From the human T2T-CHM13v2.0 reference genome, Homo sapiens, in assembly GCF_009914755.1 (NCBI RefSeq), contig NC_060928.1: a DNA stretch of 64,000 nt; one strand, written 5' to 3'. Under the pieces are notes generated by a model. The model was given only the letters and a program-made list of their open reading frames with translations, had not been told where the DNA came from and did no database searches. The translations under genes were made by a program, and so were the position numbers. Positions 21,618 to 40,520 of the stretch are shown here, in pieces. The number at the start of each line of letters is the position of its first letter. The stretch's first letter is position 1.

Positions 21618-21989
<372 letters not shown>

Positions 21990-22291
21990 TCACAGCAGTT
22001 GGGATCATAATCAGGGGTGGTATTAAGGACATATTCAAAGTGGCCAGTGGAGCACAGCACTGACAGCCCCGAAGGCACAGTGGCCATAAATGCACGACGT
22101 TGCCAAGGGAGTGCCTGCCCACTGAAGGGCAGCCCTGGCTAGAGGTGGGATAACCCTGGATAAGAGTGGGCAGGGAGGGGGATCTCTGAGGGAGAGATGA
22201 TAGAGAAAGCAAAGAGACTGTAAAATAACTCTTAGTGAAAGTGAGAGGAGAAAGGGGATGTGGGAAATGTGGAAGAATGATATAAAGTTGG

Positions 22292-22577
22292 TTTTCTTTC
22301 TTTCTTTTTTTTTTTTTTAGACAGAGTCTCGCTGTTGTTGCCCAGGCTGGAGTGCAAACCTCCGCTTCCTGGGTTCCAGCAATTCTCCTGCCTCAGCCTC
22401 CCGAGTAGTGGAGATTACAGGCGCCCGCCACCATGCCCAGCTAATTTTTGTATTTTTAGAGGAGACGGGGTTTCTCCATGTTGGCCAGACTGGTCTCAAA
22501 CTCCTGACCTCAGGTGATCCACCCGACTCGGCCTCCCAAAGTGCTGGGATTACAGGTGTGAGCCACCATGCCCAGCC
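22292..22577 (-). mobile_element. AluS with ~23 bp internal deletion
   Basis: ggagtgcaaacctcc lacks the consensus tggcgcgatctcggctcactgca. Confidence 0.9.
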
Positions 22578-22932
22578 AGTTTTCTCTTAAAATCAGGAAG
22601 AGAAGAAATTTTAAAATGAAAAGAACAAGATGACAAACATTGATGAACCATACAGAGAAATGGAAGAGAATGAGAAATAAGTAAAGACTAGATTTAGGGA
22701 GCAAAAATAAACAGGAAAGCTTGAAGAAATCAGCTTTAGTATGTTAGGAAAAATTTAAGATATAGAGCAATGAATAGCAATATTTGGTAAATGCTACCGG
22801 CTGGATTGTGACGCCCTAAAACCCATATGTTGGAGCCCTCATTCCAATGTGATGGAATTTGGAAAAGGGACCTTGGGGAGGTAATTAGGTCATGAAGGTA
22901 GAGCCCTCATGAGAAGATGAGTGTCCTTACTG

Positions 22933-24894
<1,962 letters not shown>

Positions 24895-25169
24895 AGATTA
24901 ATGTCTTTAAAAGACAAATAGGAGGCTGTCATCTGCAAGCCAGGAAGAAGTCCCTTACCAAGAACTAAATCTGCAGGCACCCAGATCATGGGGCTTCCTA
25001 GCCCCCAGAATGGTAAGAAAAATTTTCTGTTTTACAAGCCACCCAAGCTATGACATTTTGTTATGGCAGCCCAAGCGGGGAATGACACTAAAGAAGTGGA
25101 GGCAGTGAATATAAAGTCTTCACAATGCTACCAAATAAATGAAAGAAAAGGTAAGATTGTCGTTTAAGA

Positions 25170-26050
<881 letters not shown>

Positions 26051-28169
26051 AGGAGAGGGTTTGTGAGGCCCGGGCTTCTTTATATACAAGAAAAGGCAAC
26101 ACTGCCAAATCCGAGTCTAGGCGCCCAGAAAGCTAATGCAAAACCAGTGCCTAAAGGAGGAAAGTATCAATGTCACCTTGAAAGTGAACAGAGACACTAC
26201 TGTTATTAAAAAGAAAAACAAGTCATGAGGAAGAAGAATGTATTGAGTCGTTAGCATGCTCAAGGAGGTTTCCACATATTAATATTATCTTAATTTATGT
26301 TATTTATTCCTGTTATATTCTAATACTATGTATTATTATTTATGCTAATACTATGTATTATTATCTCCTTTTTCCAAGGAGGAAACTGACTCTGTAGGGT
26401 GAGCTAACTCATCCTGAATCAAAGCTGCAATGTGGAGATTGGTGTGTTCCATTACATCTCATTGCCCCTTTAGAAGCAGGCTGTGCTGGGGACCAGGAGG
26501 AGGCCATTGGATGGGTGCCAGGAAGCTCAGGGCTTCAGGCATGGCTGACCCTGTTTCCACTGGGCCCCAGGGAAATTGAAGCCAAATGTATGAGGATGGA
26601 ACAGTTCTGAGGCTTTCATAAGTTATTTTCTGTAATCCATTGACCATTTTGATGATCATTTTTCCTCCCAGAAAAATTCACTTACCCCTTTTCTCTTCTG
26701 TGGACTGCATTGCCACATTTTCCTCTCTCATTTGATTTCACAAGTGTCCATAATCTTACTTGCTCCTTTCCTTTGGCATTTTCTCTTGGAATCTAAGTAT
26801 CTCTGTTTTTTATATTTTATAGTCACTTGCTTCATGTTTATCCTCTTTTTGTTTTCTATCTCTTTCTTTCCCCAAAGAAATAAGTCTTTGCTGCAATTCA
26901 TAGGGGCTGATATTGAACCATACGTCCAGGGTATTACTTTACAATGTCCATAAGCTCCCAGAAATGCACCAGAAATACGCCAACAATTAAATGACACTTT
27001 ATTTCTGGGCGTAGGTAGGGGTTCTTGCTGCCCAAGCACAGCCTGGCAGACAGAGGCAGGACTTCAAATGACCACTGCAAGCCTCTCTTTTTGACGGATG
27101 CAGCTCATCCAATACACCAAGAGAAGGATTGTCCAAATTAAAATCTATTTCTAACAGGAACCCATCAGGAACAATCCCTAATACTGTTCTTCCATGAAGA
27201 ATAAAAAAGGTAAAAGTCATATAAAAGAGGGAAGACATGGCAAGATAGTTACAAGAATATTTTCAGAGTATAAGTTTTAGGAAATATGCTGAATTATCCA
27301 GTGTTTTAATTACCCTGAAGCTGGACTTTCCAACCAAAACTCATAATCTAATTAAGGAAGTCCATCATATCAACAGCACATAAAGCAACAAGCAATTAAC
27401 ATTTTCCAAAAATGAAACTGATGCAGGAGCATTTCGATTTACTCTAATTATACTGTGAATGCTGTGCCTAATGCAACAATGCCTTTGCATTTAAAAAATT
27501 GTCTTTAAAGGTCTCCCTCCAAATTGTAATAGGCTTATATTTCTCCCATTCTAGCTGCCTGTAATATACATAAAAGTGAGAATTACAAAGAATTCTCAAC
27601 TCATGGATATTATAAAATATAGATGACAGAAACTTGGCCCTGAATGCTCCCACAAGAACAGTTTGCAGCAATCACACTACAAAGAGTTGTAAGGATAGCA
27701 CTTTGATCAATCTGCTTCATTCATCTCTATGCGCTTGAAAGAAATGTCTTGGAAAGGGCTAAGAGCCAGCGTTCCTGAACCTCCGAATACAGGCTTGTTC
27801 TTGCACCAGATATCGTGCCTACCGCAGTGCAGAGCTCGCTAAGCCTTCAGGAAGCTTTTGTTTCAGACCACAGTGGTGTGCACTCCTCTAAAGCATATGC
27901 TGCAGTACATGACTGAGCCTTCTGTCAGCTGATGAACTGCATCTGACTCCTGGTGTTTAAAGGGTCTGAAACAAGCATATCATTCTGCAAAGTCTGAGAT
28001 TCAAAATAAGTAAATCCTATTGATTATATCAGTAGAAATTACAATCACGGGATTCTAGAAGTACAGGGAAACTGGAGGAAACTCCAGATGAAGAAGCTGA
28101 CATCCAGGAAATAAATAGTTGCCCACTCCTACACAAAGTGGGAAACAAATTGGCTTTATTGACTCCTAA

Positions 28170-28350
28170 ACTTTTGGAATCAGAAAGATCTGGCTTCAGA
28201 TTCAACTTTTCCATTTAATGTGGGAATGTGAGCGAGTTACTTCCCTAGCCCTTTGGTTTCGTGGTCTTTAAAATGGAAACAGTAATACAGACCCCTTACA
28301 ACATGAAGATCAGATGAAATGACACATGGGGAACCTTTGATGTTCCCACT
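28170..28350 (+). mobile_element. MIR
   Basis: cttttggaatcagaaagatctggcttcagattcaac..ttaaaatggaaacagtaatac. Confidence 0.65.
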
Positions 28351-29045
28351 GTTCTGAGCTGCAGGCTCTCTGAAGTGATCTTCTTCCTTCTCATGTCATT
28401 TTCTGAGGTAATAAAAAGCAGATGTGAAGTAAAAATTTGTCAGATAATTAATCAAGAAGAAAAACCAGAGCAGGCAGGACCTTCAGATATTCAAAATCAT
28501 AAAGTTGACATTTTATCTAAATTCCTCAAGTTGGCTTTTCATAGAAGCTATATAACTGGTGTTTCACACTGCACGTCATGTTTTTACCGAAATAAGAGGA
28601 AGATTACATCCCTAAATACAAATTTACTACCAAATCATGACGTGAGAATAGGAGAAATAGCTCCGTGGGACATTAGCCAAGAACCGTGATAAATAAGAAG
28701 AGAGAAGAAGGTTGGGTGCTAAGTTAGATGATAAAGTTACCATGATTTTCTAGCTAATAATTATCCTACATTCTCAGATGCCTGAAGAAAGATACATGTG
28801 TTTGTGTGTATATATATATATGTGTGTGTGTGTGTATATATGGCATGCAACACCATAAATTAATTAGATGTGCCTTGTATCACATAGCTTGAATTAAGAC
28901 CATAGAAAAGATAACAGAAGTAAGAATTTAAAAATAGGACCCAATATAAATATCTATTTGATTTATGAGTGCATTTATTAATTCATATATTTATTGATAC
29001 TTCCTCTGTGAATAACTGTGCAAGTTTTAGAAATATAAAAATGCA

Positions 29046-29325
29046 GCTGGTGCAGTGGCTTACACCTGTAATCCCAGCACTTTGGGAGGCCAAAGTGAGT
29101 GGATCATGAGGTCAAGAGATCGAGACCATCCTGGCCAACATGGTGAAACCCCATCTCTACTAAAACTACAAAATTAGCTGGGTGTGGTGGTGGGTGCCTG
29201 TAGTCCCAGCTACTCAGGAGGCTGAGGCAGGAGAATCGCTTGAACCTGGGAGGTGGAGGTTGGCTCCACTGCACTGCAGCCTGGGCAACAGAGCAAGACT
29301 CCATCTCAAAAAACAACAAAAAAAA
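29046..29325 (+). mobile_element. AluSc-like with right-arm deletion
   Basis: Dimer; TSD agaaatataaaa. Confidence 0.9.
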
Positions 29326-30009
29326 GAAATATAAAACTGAATTAAATATGATCCCAGCCATCAAAGAATGCACAATTCTAGAATAACAAAGCATAAGCTT
29401 ATAGCACTGGCATGGTTTCCTGCTGAGTCTATAGAGCCTGCTTCCAATGTTATCATGCCACTGTCAAAAGACATACAAAATTAAACAATATTTTAAAGAG
29501 CAAAAAACCTCTGTGTCTCAAACTCCAACAAATACTATTTCTACAGGACATACAAGTTTTCAAATGCTTTGAGTTAGCCTTTCACAATAAATTATTTTCC
29601 AAAAAAATGATTTTTAATGTGTAAAAATTTTTCTGCTGTGAGAAAAAATAAAATATTGTTTAAAATCTTAATACTTTAACACTTTACAATACTTTATATA
29701 TTATTTTATATAATTGTCCTCATAGAGTATATGTAAGTTTGTGTCATGTATTATATGCCTAGTGTTACATCCTAAACATGTCCCCAGTGGTAACCACTGT
29801 TTGTTTTTATGGCAGCACTGTATTAAATTTAAGTAATAATTTACTGAATAATGTCTGTATTGTTGGATATTTAGAATTTTTCTGCTTTGTGATCATAATA
29901 AACAATGTAATTGGTACAGGGCTTTAAAATGTGATAATTATTTAGACCATCACTGAAGTCCCAAAATACTAGCTACCATATTCCAAAGTTAAGTCAAGAA
30001 ACCATGAAG

Positions 30010-30356
30010 GGCCGGGCGCAGGGGCTCATGCCTGTAATCGCAGCATTTCGGAGGCCGAGGTGGGTGGATCACATGAGGTCAGGAGTTCGAGACCAGCCTG
30101 GCCAACATGGTGAAACCCCGTCTCTCCTAAAAATACAAAAATTAGCAGGGCGTGGTGGCGCTTGCCTGTAATCTCAGCTACTCGGGAGGCTGAGGCAGGA
30201 GAATCGCTGGAAACTGGGAGGTGGAGGTTGTGAGTGAGATTGCGCCACTGCACTCCAGCCTGGGTGACACAGCAAGACTCTGTCTCAAAAAAAAGAGAAA
30301 GAAAGAGAGAAAGAAAGAAAGGAAGGAAGGAAGGAAGGAAGGAAGGAAGGAAGGAA

Positions 30357-30413
<57 letters not shown>

Positions 30414-30460
30414 GGAGAAAGAGAGAAAGAAAGAGGAGGGAAGGAGGGAAGGAGGGAAGG
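30010..30460 (+). mobile_element. AluSx-like with expanded (GGAA)n(GAAA)n tail
   Basis: Dimer; TSD ccatgaagg at 30002-30010 and 30463-30471. Confidence 0.95.
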
Positions 30461-30462
30461 AG

Positions 30463-30628
30463 CCATGAAGGACCTGTGCAGATATTGGGAAAAACTGTGT
30501 TAAGCCGGGTCATATCCCTGCCCCCCACGAATGCTTCCTCCTCATCTCAAGTGACGTAAGGCGATTTCCAAGAGCATGCTATGAGGCTCTGGGAATTTGG
30601 AACCTCGTGGCCTGGTCTGGCTCAGACA
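30463..30628 (+). repeat. Inverted repeat arm 1 (partner 32816-33020)
   Basis: About 90% identical by hand alignment to the reverse complement of 32816-32964. Confidence 0.95.
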
Positions 30629-31378
30629 AGAGAAATGTAAAACACAGGAGACCTTGGCTGGCAAGGAGAGGTTACTGCATTGTTGGACAAAGGATGTGTG
30701 GCAATTGTCTCAAATACTGTCTAAAACACGTCAGAAAGAGAAAGACTTCCCAGATGCCTCAAAGATTAGCGAAATTACCAGCAACCTGTTAAAAAAGAAG
30801 TCTCACCAATATTAAGAGAACGCTAAGTAAAAGATCCCTGGAAATACGGTCTTCAAAGAACCCATGTGAGCATCCAGGAGGGACGTGTTGGCTTAAATAC
30901 CTGCCAGACCAAAGGAGCGCCTGTCCCTTCTCATTCCAATCAGTGAAGTGAAACATGGCAGCCTCCTTTAAGTGAATGTATGTAGTGTGTAAGGGGTCGG
31001 AGAGGGAAGCCACAAAAGCAAAGGAGGGAAAAACAGAGGGGAAATCTTCCTCCCTCCCATCACAGGACTGAGGCTGAGGAGACAAGAAAGAATCTTTTTA
31101 AATAAATATGAAGCTGTAATCACTCTACTAGAGTAAAGAAACTAATTTGTAAGTGATTCTTCTTTGTTTTTCTAACCATAAGCATCAGTAGGACTCTTCA
31201 CTATCTAAGAATGAGTTGGGGGACCACGAGATCTGAGCTCCTTGTCATCCAGGAAGATGGGAGGAATGAGTTTTACAGAATGGTTGTAACAAGAAGTCAG
31301 CAGATAGCAAGCTGATACCTGATACCGTACCAAGAGTCTTGCTTTTCCAACATAACAGTCAGACTATAATACAGATTA

Positions 31379-31542
<164 letters not shown>

Positions 31543-32194
31543 ATTATGTTGCAATTACATTTTGCATTCTTTTAGTATATCTCCTTTGGATAAATCCTCA
31601 GAAGTGAGATTGCTAGGGATTTCATGCAGGTGCCATCATTTACTTAATCAAACCCTATTTGCAAACAATCTAGGAGTTTTTCCTTCATTTTTTATGATGA
31701 TCAATGATGTTGAAATGGATGTAATTTTATGTAACAGATTTTTCCTCCTTTTGGGCTATTTACTGTTTATGTGTGACCCATGGGTGGAAATTGTTTTTGC
31801 TCTTGATGCATTTACAAATGGCTCTCTAAAGGGATTGTTCCCCCTTCATTATTACCAGTGGTGTGTGAACATCCATTTTACTAGAACTAGATATTATTTA
31901 AATACAAATTAATAAATATAAAATATCAATCTTTTAAATTTGAATCTCTTCTTTCACTAAAAATATTATCCCATTCACTTACCATTTACAATTTCTCCTT
32001 TGTGGAGTGGTTTATATTTTTGTCAATTTATCCCAAAGGGATTTTCTGATTATAGACTGCTCATGTTCTCACCCCAGGCTCTCCAGCTGCATCTGTACCA
32101 GCAGGGGGAAAAGGAATAAAATAGGTGATAATATAATCATAAATATTTGCAGGAATCCTGCTGTCCAAGTTTCCTACTACTCTGGGCATTCACA

Positions 32195-32527
<333 letters not shown>

Positions 32528-32815
32528 TAATTCTTAATAAAGACAATGGAATTTCTAGGAAGAACTTCCTCTTACGAAAGGAGCTAATTTGTTTTCTTTT
32601 GCAAGATATGTTGTATTTATCATTATAACTTAGATCAAATGAAAAAAATAACAAGGGAATTTTGCATCTTTTTGGTAAAAAAATCTGATAAGTTTCAGCA
32701 ATATTAAGATTACTGTAAAGGCTTCTCTTCACAAAGAGTCTAAATAGGACATTGAATAGCTTCTTAACCAAAATGAAGTAAAATTTGAGTAACTAAAGTA
32801 AAATAAAATTTTTCA

Positions 32816-33020
32816 TGTCTGAGCCAGACCAGGCCACGTGGCTCCAAATTCCCAGAACCTCATAGCATGCGCTTGGAAATTGCCTTCCGTCACTTGAGAT
32901 GAGGAAGCATTCATGGGGGGCAGGGGTATGATCTGGCTTCTGACAGCTTTTTCCCAATATCTGCTTCTCTTGCCCTCATCTCCAAAAGCCTCAGACCTTT
33001 GGCTCACAAGCCCTTCATGG
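32816..33020 (-). repeat. Inverted repeat arm 2 (partner 30463-30628)
   Basis: Reverse-complement match to arm 1, with ~40 extra bp at 32965-33004. Confidence 0.95.
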
Positions 33021-34547
33021 TCTCCTTCTTTCTTCTTCTTCTTCTTTTTTTTTTTTTTTTGAGTAAAAGAACACTAAAACAGCAAGAAAATTTTTCTGTA
33101 GTTATCAGAAATTTCGCTGTTATGCGGATAGCTTTGTTTTTCATTATTAAACATAATTTTGTGTTTCTTCTAAAAGAAATTATATTTTGCATCTAAACGA
33201 TAGCCACAACAAAATCATTAGAAAGATATTATACAACCATATCCAAGTAGGATAAATAGTTGTTGTAGAAATCACAAAGCAGAAATACGTTATCACAATC
33301 AGTGAATTTGATTTGAATTTTAGATAATCATATATTTCTACCCAAATGAATCTTGCATTTATATCTATGTGACAGCTGCCAAATTGGCCTGGAATGGAAT
33401 TTGGCTGATGTAATTTACAACAGTTCATCTATTTGGTTTAAACAAATAGCAAAGACCAGGAATACCAGAGTTGGGACATACCTGATTTACAAAGAGCAAT
33501 CAGACGAATCGGTGTTTTCATTCTACTCAGATCTACCCAGGTTGTGTCACTTTAGGTTAGGACACAGTCGTGGAGATTTTGTCTTTAACTGCTATGCGGT
33601 TTTGGTTGTGAGAAGCCAATCACCTTAGAACTGGCTTCTGCCACTTTTTGGAGGGAAACATCAGAAAAAAGGGCAAAGTAGAGTTTTCTCTCCTTGGCTT
33701 TCTTTGGTTATTAAGAGCTCCCCACCCTCTCTCTAGTATTTGTGATGCTGCTTCTGTCCCTCTACTTAATCCTATTGAAGCTCACATCACACTCTAGCCT
33801 GGCATCATTTTTGTGAGTCTTAGAGATAAAAATGGTACTGGAGTATTACTTAATAAAATCCACCCACTTTTCTAAATACAAACAAAACAAACTGACAAAT
33901 GAATAGAACAATTACTTAGCAACCAATGGGTGGAGGATGACCTCCTGACAAAGGGTGGGTACCAACAGTATTTAACCTGCAGCATATACTTAGCAGAAAA
34001 CATCAGAAGCCTGCTTGTTAAATATCCCAGCAACAAGACACAAATACTCCCTATCACTGGTACTATTCAAAACTGTAGAGAAAGTCCTGCCAAAAATATA
34101 CAAGCTAAACGTGAGTGATAGGATTACTGGAAACAACGAAAAAAGAAATTCTACCTAGAAAAGCCAAAAAAAAATCAACTGACAAACTGGTAAGTCACTT
34201 TAGCCAGCTCAAAATATAAAATAAAAGCAGGACAAAATCAGTAACATCAGCACTAGGCTACTTGAAAATATAACTTAAAATGTTCAATTACACTAGCAAC
34301 ACACTTATCTACATAGGAAGATACCTAATTAGAAAAGGGTGAGTCCTGTATGAAAAAAACATAAAATTGAATTTAAGAACATAAAAGAAAGTGAAAACAG
34401 ACCTACATCCTACGCCAGGTTAAGAGAGTTCCATATAATAGAAAAGTTTTTAATTCCTAAATTAATAAATTCTGTTCAATTTTTAAAGATAAGCATGTTT
34501 CCAAGAAACACTACCATTCAAAGCTTCATCTGGAAGAGTGAATTTAA

Positions 34548-34896
<349 letters not shown>

Positions 34897-35523
34897 TGAA
34901 GCTAAAGAACTAGCCCTTAACAACATAAAAACATACCATAAAGTTGTAATAATTCAGTTAATCTCCATTACTGTTTTAAGTGAGGATTTGGCATAAGAAA
35001 GGAAAAAATCAATCTGTGAAACAGAATAGGAAATATAGAAACTGACCCATGTGTATAACTCATGTGCAGAATGATAAAGGTAAATCATTCAAAATTGTAG
35101 GAAAAGGATGGATAGGAAAATACAATAAAAATAGAATTTGAAAACCTATTTATCCATTTGTGGGGTAAAAATAACTTTACAGCTCACATGTCATATATTC
35201 CAGATTCAGTAAAACCATAATATTATTGTAAAAAATAGAATAATTTTCAGAATATGGAAGGCCTTGTAAGTAATAACTGGGAAAAAAACAATAATGGGAA
35301 AGACAGACAAGTTTGGCTACATAGAATGTAAATTTTTGTATAATAATAATAATAAAAGTAATATAAATAGAAGTCAAGAGACAGACTGGGAGAAACTCTT
35401 CCACTTAGAAAACATACAAAGACAATACCACACATTGGTGAAGAAAGGATGTAGACTGCGTTTGTCTGACTGTCTGACTTTGTGCCCAGCTCTGCCACCA
35501 ACTGTGACCTTGGGCAAGGTCAT

Positions 35524-36752
<1,229 letters not shown>

Positions 36753-37910
36753 CAGTCTTTCAGCTCTCTGTGTCTCAATTCCCTTATTTGTAAAATGGGG
36801 ACAGATGTGCCGGCTCACTGTACTGAAAGAATGAAATGCAGTCATCTATAAAAAGTGCTTAGAGCAGTACCAGGACTCAATTACCATTGGGTGTTATTAT
36901 TATTATATACAACCAAAAACATCTAGAATATTTGACTATGCGAAAAACTCCTAAAATTAGTTTTAGAAGTATAAACAATACAATTTACAAATGAGCAAAA
37001 AATAAAGACAGGCAACTCACAAAAGAAACATGAATAGCCAATAAATAGAAACCAAAAATTTTCAACCACAATGATAATCAAAGAAATGCAAATTAAAATA
37101 TCAGTAAGATGCCAACCTGCATGCATCAGGTTAGAAAACGTATGGGATAACTATGGCGATGGATACGACAACACCATAGTCAGACAGCCTGTTGACAGGC
37201 AGGCAGTCATTCCTACCAGTGTTGGTGAATACAAACCCATGCATTCTTTTGGGGGGTGAATTTGGTAGAATATTATAAAATGTAAAATGTAAACACTCTT
37301 TCATCTAACAGCTCCAATCCTTGAGTCTGCACTAGAGAAATACTCTAAACAGGTATTGTTCATCACTGAGAAGGTAGGACAGCCTCTAAATGCCCTACTT
37401 ACAATACTGTAAGATAATTAGTAGTTCATGGTTCAATGCAACGATGCATATCTGTACATATTGCCAAGAAATTTTCAGTCATACTGTTGTTATTTTTTAA
37501 ATTGAAGAACAATATATAAAAACTGGTCCCATATATATTTTAAAGCCCACAATAAAAAATAGTATATAATATAGAATTTACACATATAAACATATGTGGC
37601 ATATAAAACATATTTATAGAACATATGTAAAATCATATGTATCATATGTAAATGAAGAGCAACAGTGATCAATTCTAAGGGGAAGGCATATGGGTAGGGG
37701 ATTGGAGGAACAGAGATTTATCAAGGTTGAATTTTGTTTGCTGTGTATTGACTGAATTATTTACAATAAGGATGCATTCACTTACGGATTGTGAAATTTT
37801 AAAATTAAAAAAAAAGACCTGACATATAGGTAATATTCAGTAAATAATTGCTGTTATTGTAGATGTGAATGTAATTATTAATCTTGAAATTATGTATTAG
37901 TCTCTTGCTC

Positions 37911-38366
<456 letters not shown>

Positions 38367-39299
38367 TGATTCGAAATGAAAGAAAAGCTCGAACTTCCAC
38401 TGCAGCAATCTTGTACAGCACTTTACTTCGGTAGACCTGACCCAAGCAGCACAGAGCCCGGCATTTGCAAAGGGGAGTATACTTTCAGACATAATGGGAA
38501 AGAAGAGAATTAGCATTTTAAGGGTTGTGTCTTTTTTGCTTTATTTATTCATGCTTTATTTTCATCTTTTTAAATAAATCACATTAATAGGCTATATCTG
38601 TGTAGCAGACAGAAATGTAATTTATTTGAGAAAGGCAAAAATAAATTGCCATTGGTTTTTAATTTTGATTGTTAATAAGATGATACAGTTAATACTGATT
38701 TAAAACGCCTGCAAACAAGCTCTGCAGAATTCAAATTATTTATAGATAAAACGTTAAATATTCTATAACAAGCTTGTATCACAGAAACATCAGTAATTTT
38801 GGGTCTGCCTTGCAGCTTATGTCACAGAAACCTGTCTTTTTTTGGTGTGTCCTTCAGTTATTAGATATAAGGTCAACAGTCTCATGTATTATACTTAATG
38901 CGATGGTTGTGTCCAATTCATCTCTTTATCACCTAATGATAATTCTTATTAATGTAAGTTATTTGGAATAGATGGAGTCAGGCCAATCACAAAATCCCTT
39001 GACTGTAGTTTTGAAATATGCTCAACATCATAATGATGGAAAGTCATATTTGGAAACTCTGAGGGTATCTTCAACTTGGAAGTTAACTTCTTTAAGTAAA
39101 TTAGGATTGTCCTTGGCAGATGGTGAAGGACCTCACTAAATGAAACACATAATTAGTTTTACACTGACATAAATATATCTCCTTATGCCTGTATTTGTTC
39201 ATTTTAAAAATGAGATTTGATTAGATGATCTAATCCTATCTTTCAGTTACAAAAGAATGTATATACACATATATGCTCTCCTATAGATATCATACCATA

Positions 39300-40520
39300 T
39301 AAAATTAGAACAATTGTAAATTATTTCTAAAGAAGAAAATAAAATATAGGTCTAACTCTGATGAAATTTCAGAACAGATCATCAAAGATGTGTTCCATTA
39401 GTACTTGGCAAATGAAAATAAAATGATAGTAAATGTAATAATAGTGATTAGCATGGGTTGCATGAGAAATTTTATCAAACAATACTAATCAGTAAATACG
39501 ACATGCCTTCGGGTTGTTATCAAGATATTTTTTATAAGAAGATTGAAAAGTTTCAATAACAAGGTCTTCTTGTGGCTTGTAGAATAAAAAGGATTGATTA
39601 TTTGTCCATTATCAGGCTGAAAGAGGATATCTGTTTTCTTCTGAAGTTTTTGTCCATGGCCCCGACTCAGTGCACACTTTTTTTAGATCAATAACTTGAA
39701 GATATAGAGAGTATCAAGTTTACAAATCATTTAAATCAAAGAGGCATGGCTAACTGTACATCTAGTAGCAAAAATATGATTCCAAAAGTTTAATAGGCTG
39801 AAAACATGAGATTAAAACTAAAACAGCAAGATGGGAGCTGGAGGCAGTGGCAGACACCTGTAGTTTCAGCTACTCTGGAGGCTGAGACTGGAGGACAGCT
39901 TGAGGCCAGGAGTTGGAGACTGCAGTGAGCTATGATTACGCCTGTGAATAGCCACAGCACCCCAGCGTGGACAACAAAGGGTGACCCTGTCTCTAACAAA
40001 AGAAAAGGCAAAAACTGAGCAAGATGAAATGTAGAAAGGATAAAATAAATAGAAAACCCAAATTACCGATATTCGCTGTGAATAAGACATAGAAGTTTAT
40101 TTGTTCACAGTGAGCTCAATATGAGCCAGTGGTGTGATTGGTTGTGTTTCTTCCTTCTGAAAATGACTGCAGTTTAAACTAAACTATTAGTGTTCAACAC
40201 ACACAAAAATATAGTGGCACTTGGTTAGTTTATGTCTAGAAATCCATGTTTAGTTCTGGTTACCGTATTTAAAATATTTGGTTACCTTTTTAGTTCTGGT
40301 TACTATATTTAAAAGCAGATTACAGACATGCGTAGACAAAAGGTAGTTTTAAATATGGTAATGATATTGGGAAGTGTGTAATAGGAAGCCAAATGTTTTT
40401 AGCCTAGAAATGTAAGGTGTATGCATTTGTGTTAGGGTGCACGCTTTTAGAGAGGGTGACTATTATGATTGGGAGGGGAAATAAAGAGATGCCATTACTA
40501 TGCAAATATTTATAGGACTA
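39300..40520 (+). mobile_element. L3/CR1 LINE reverse-transcriptase-region relic
   Basis: atcaataacttgaagatatagagagtatcaagtttacaaat; gagctcaatatgagccagtggtgtgat; tttagttctggttacc; tgtttttagcctagaaa resemble CR1 ORF2. Confidence 0.6.
39836..40010 (+). mobile_element. FAM (fossil Alu monomer)
   Basis: Monomer retaining the 7SL-derived cctgtgaatagccac (39941-39955); TSD agcaagatg. Confidence 0.85.

Noticed and set aside
30026-30559. Overlapping 89-146 aa ORFs
   Set aside because: Alu plus GGAA/GAAA microsatellite translation
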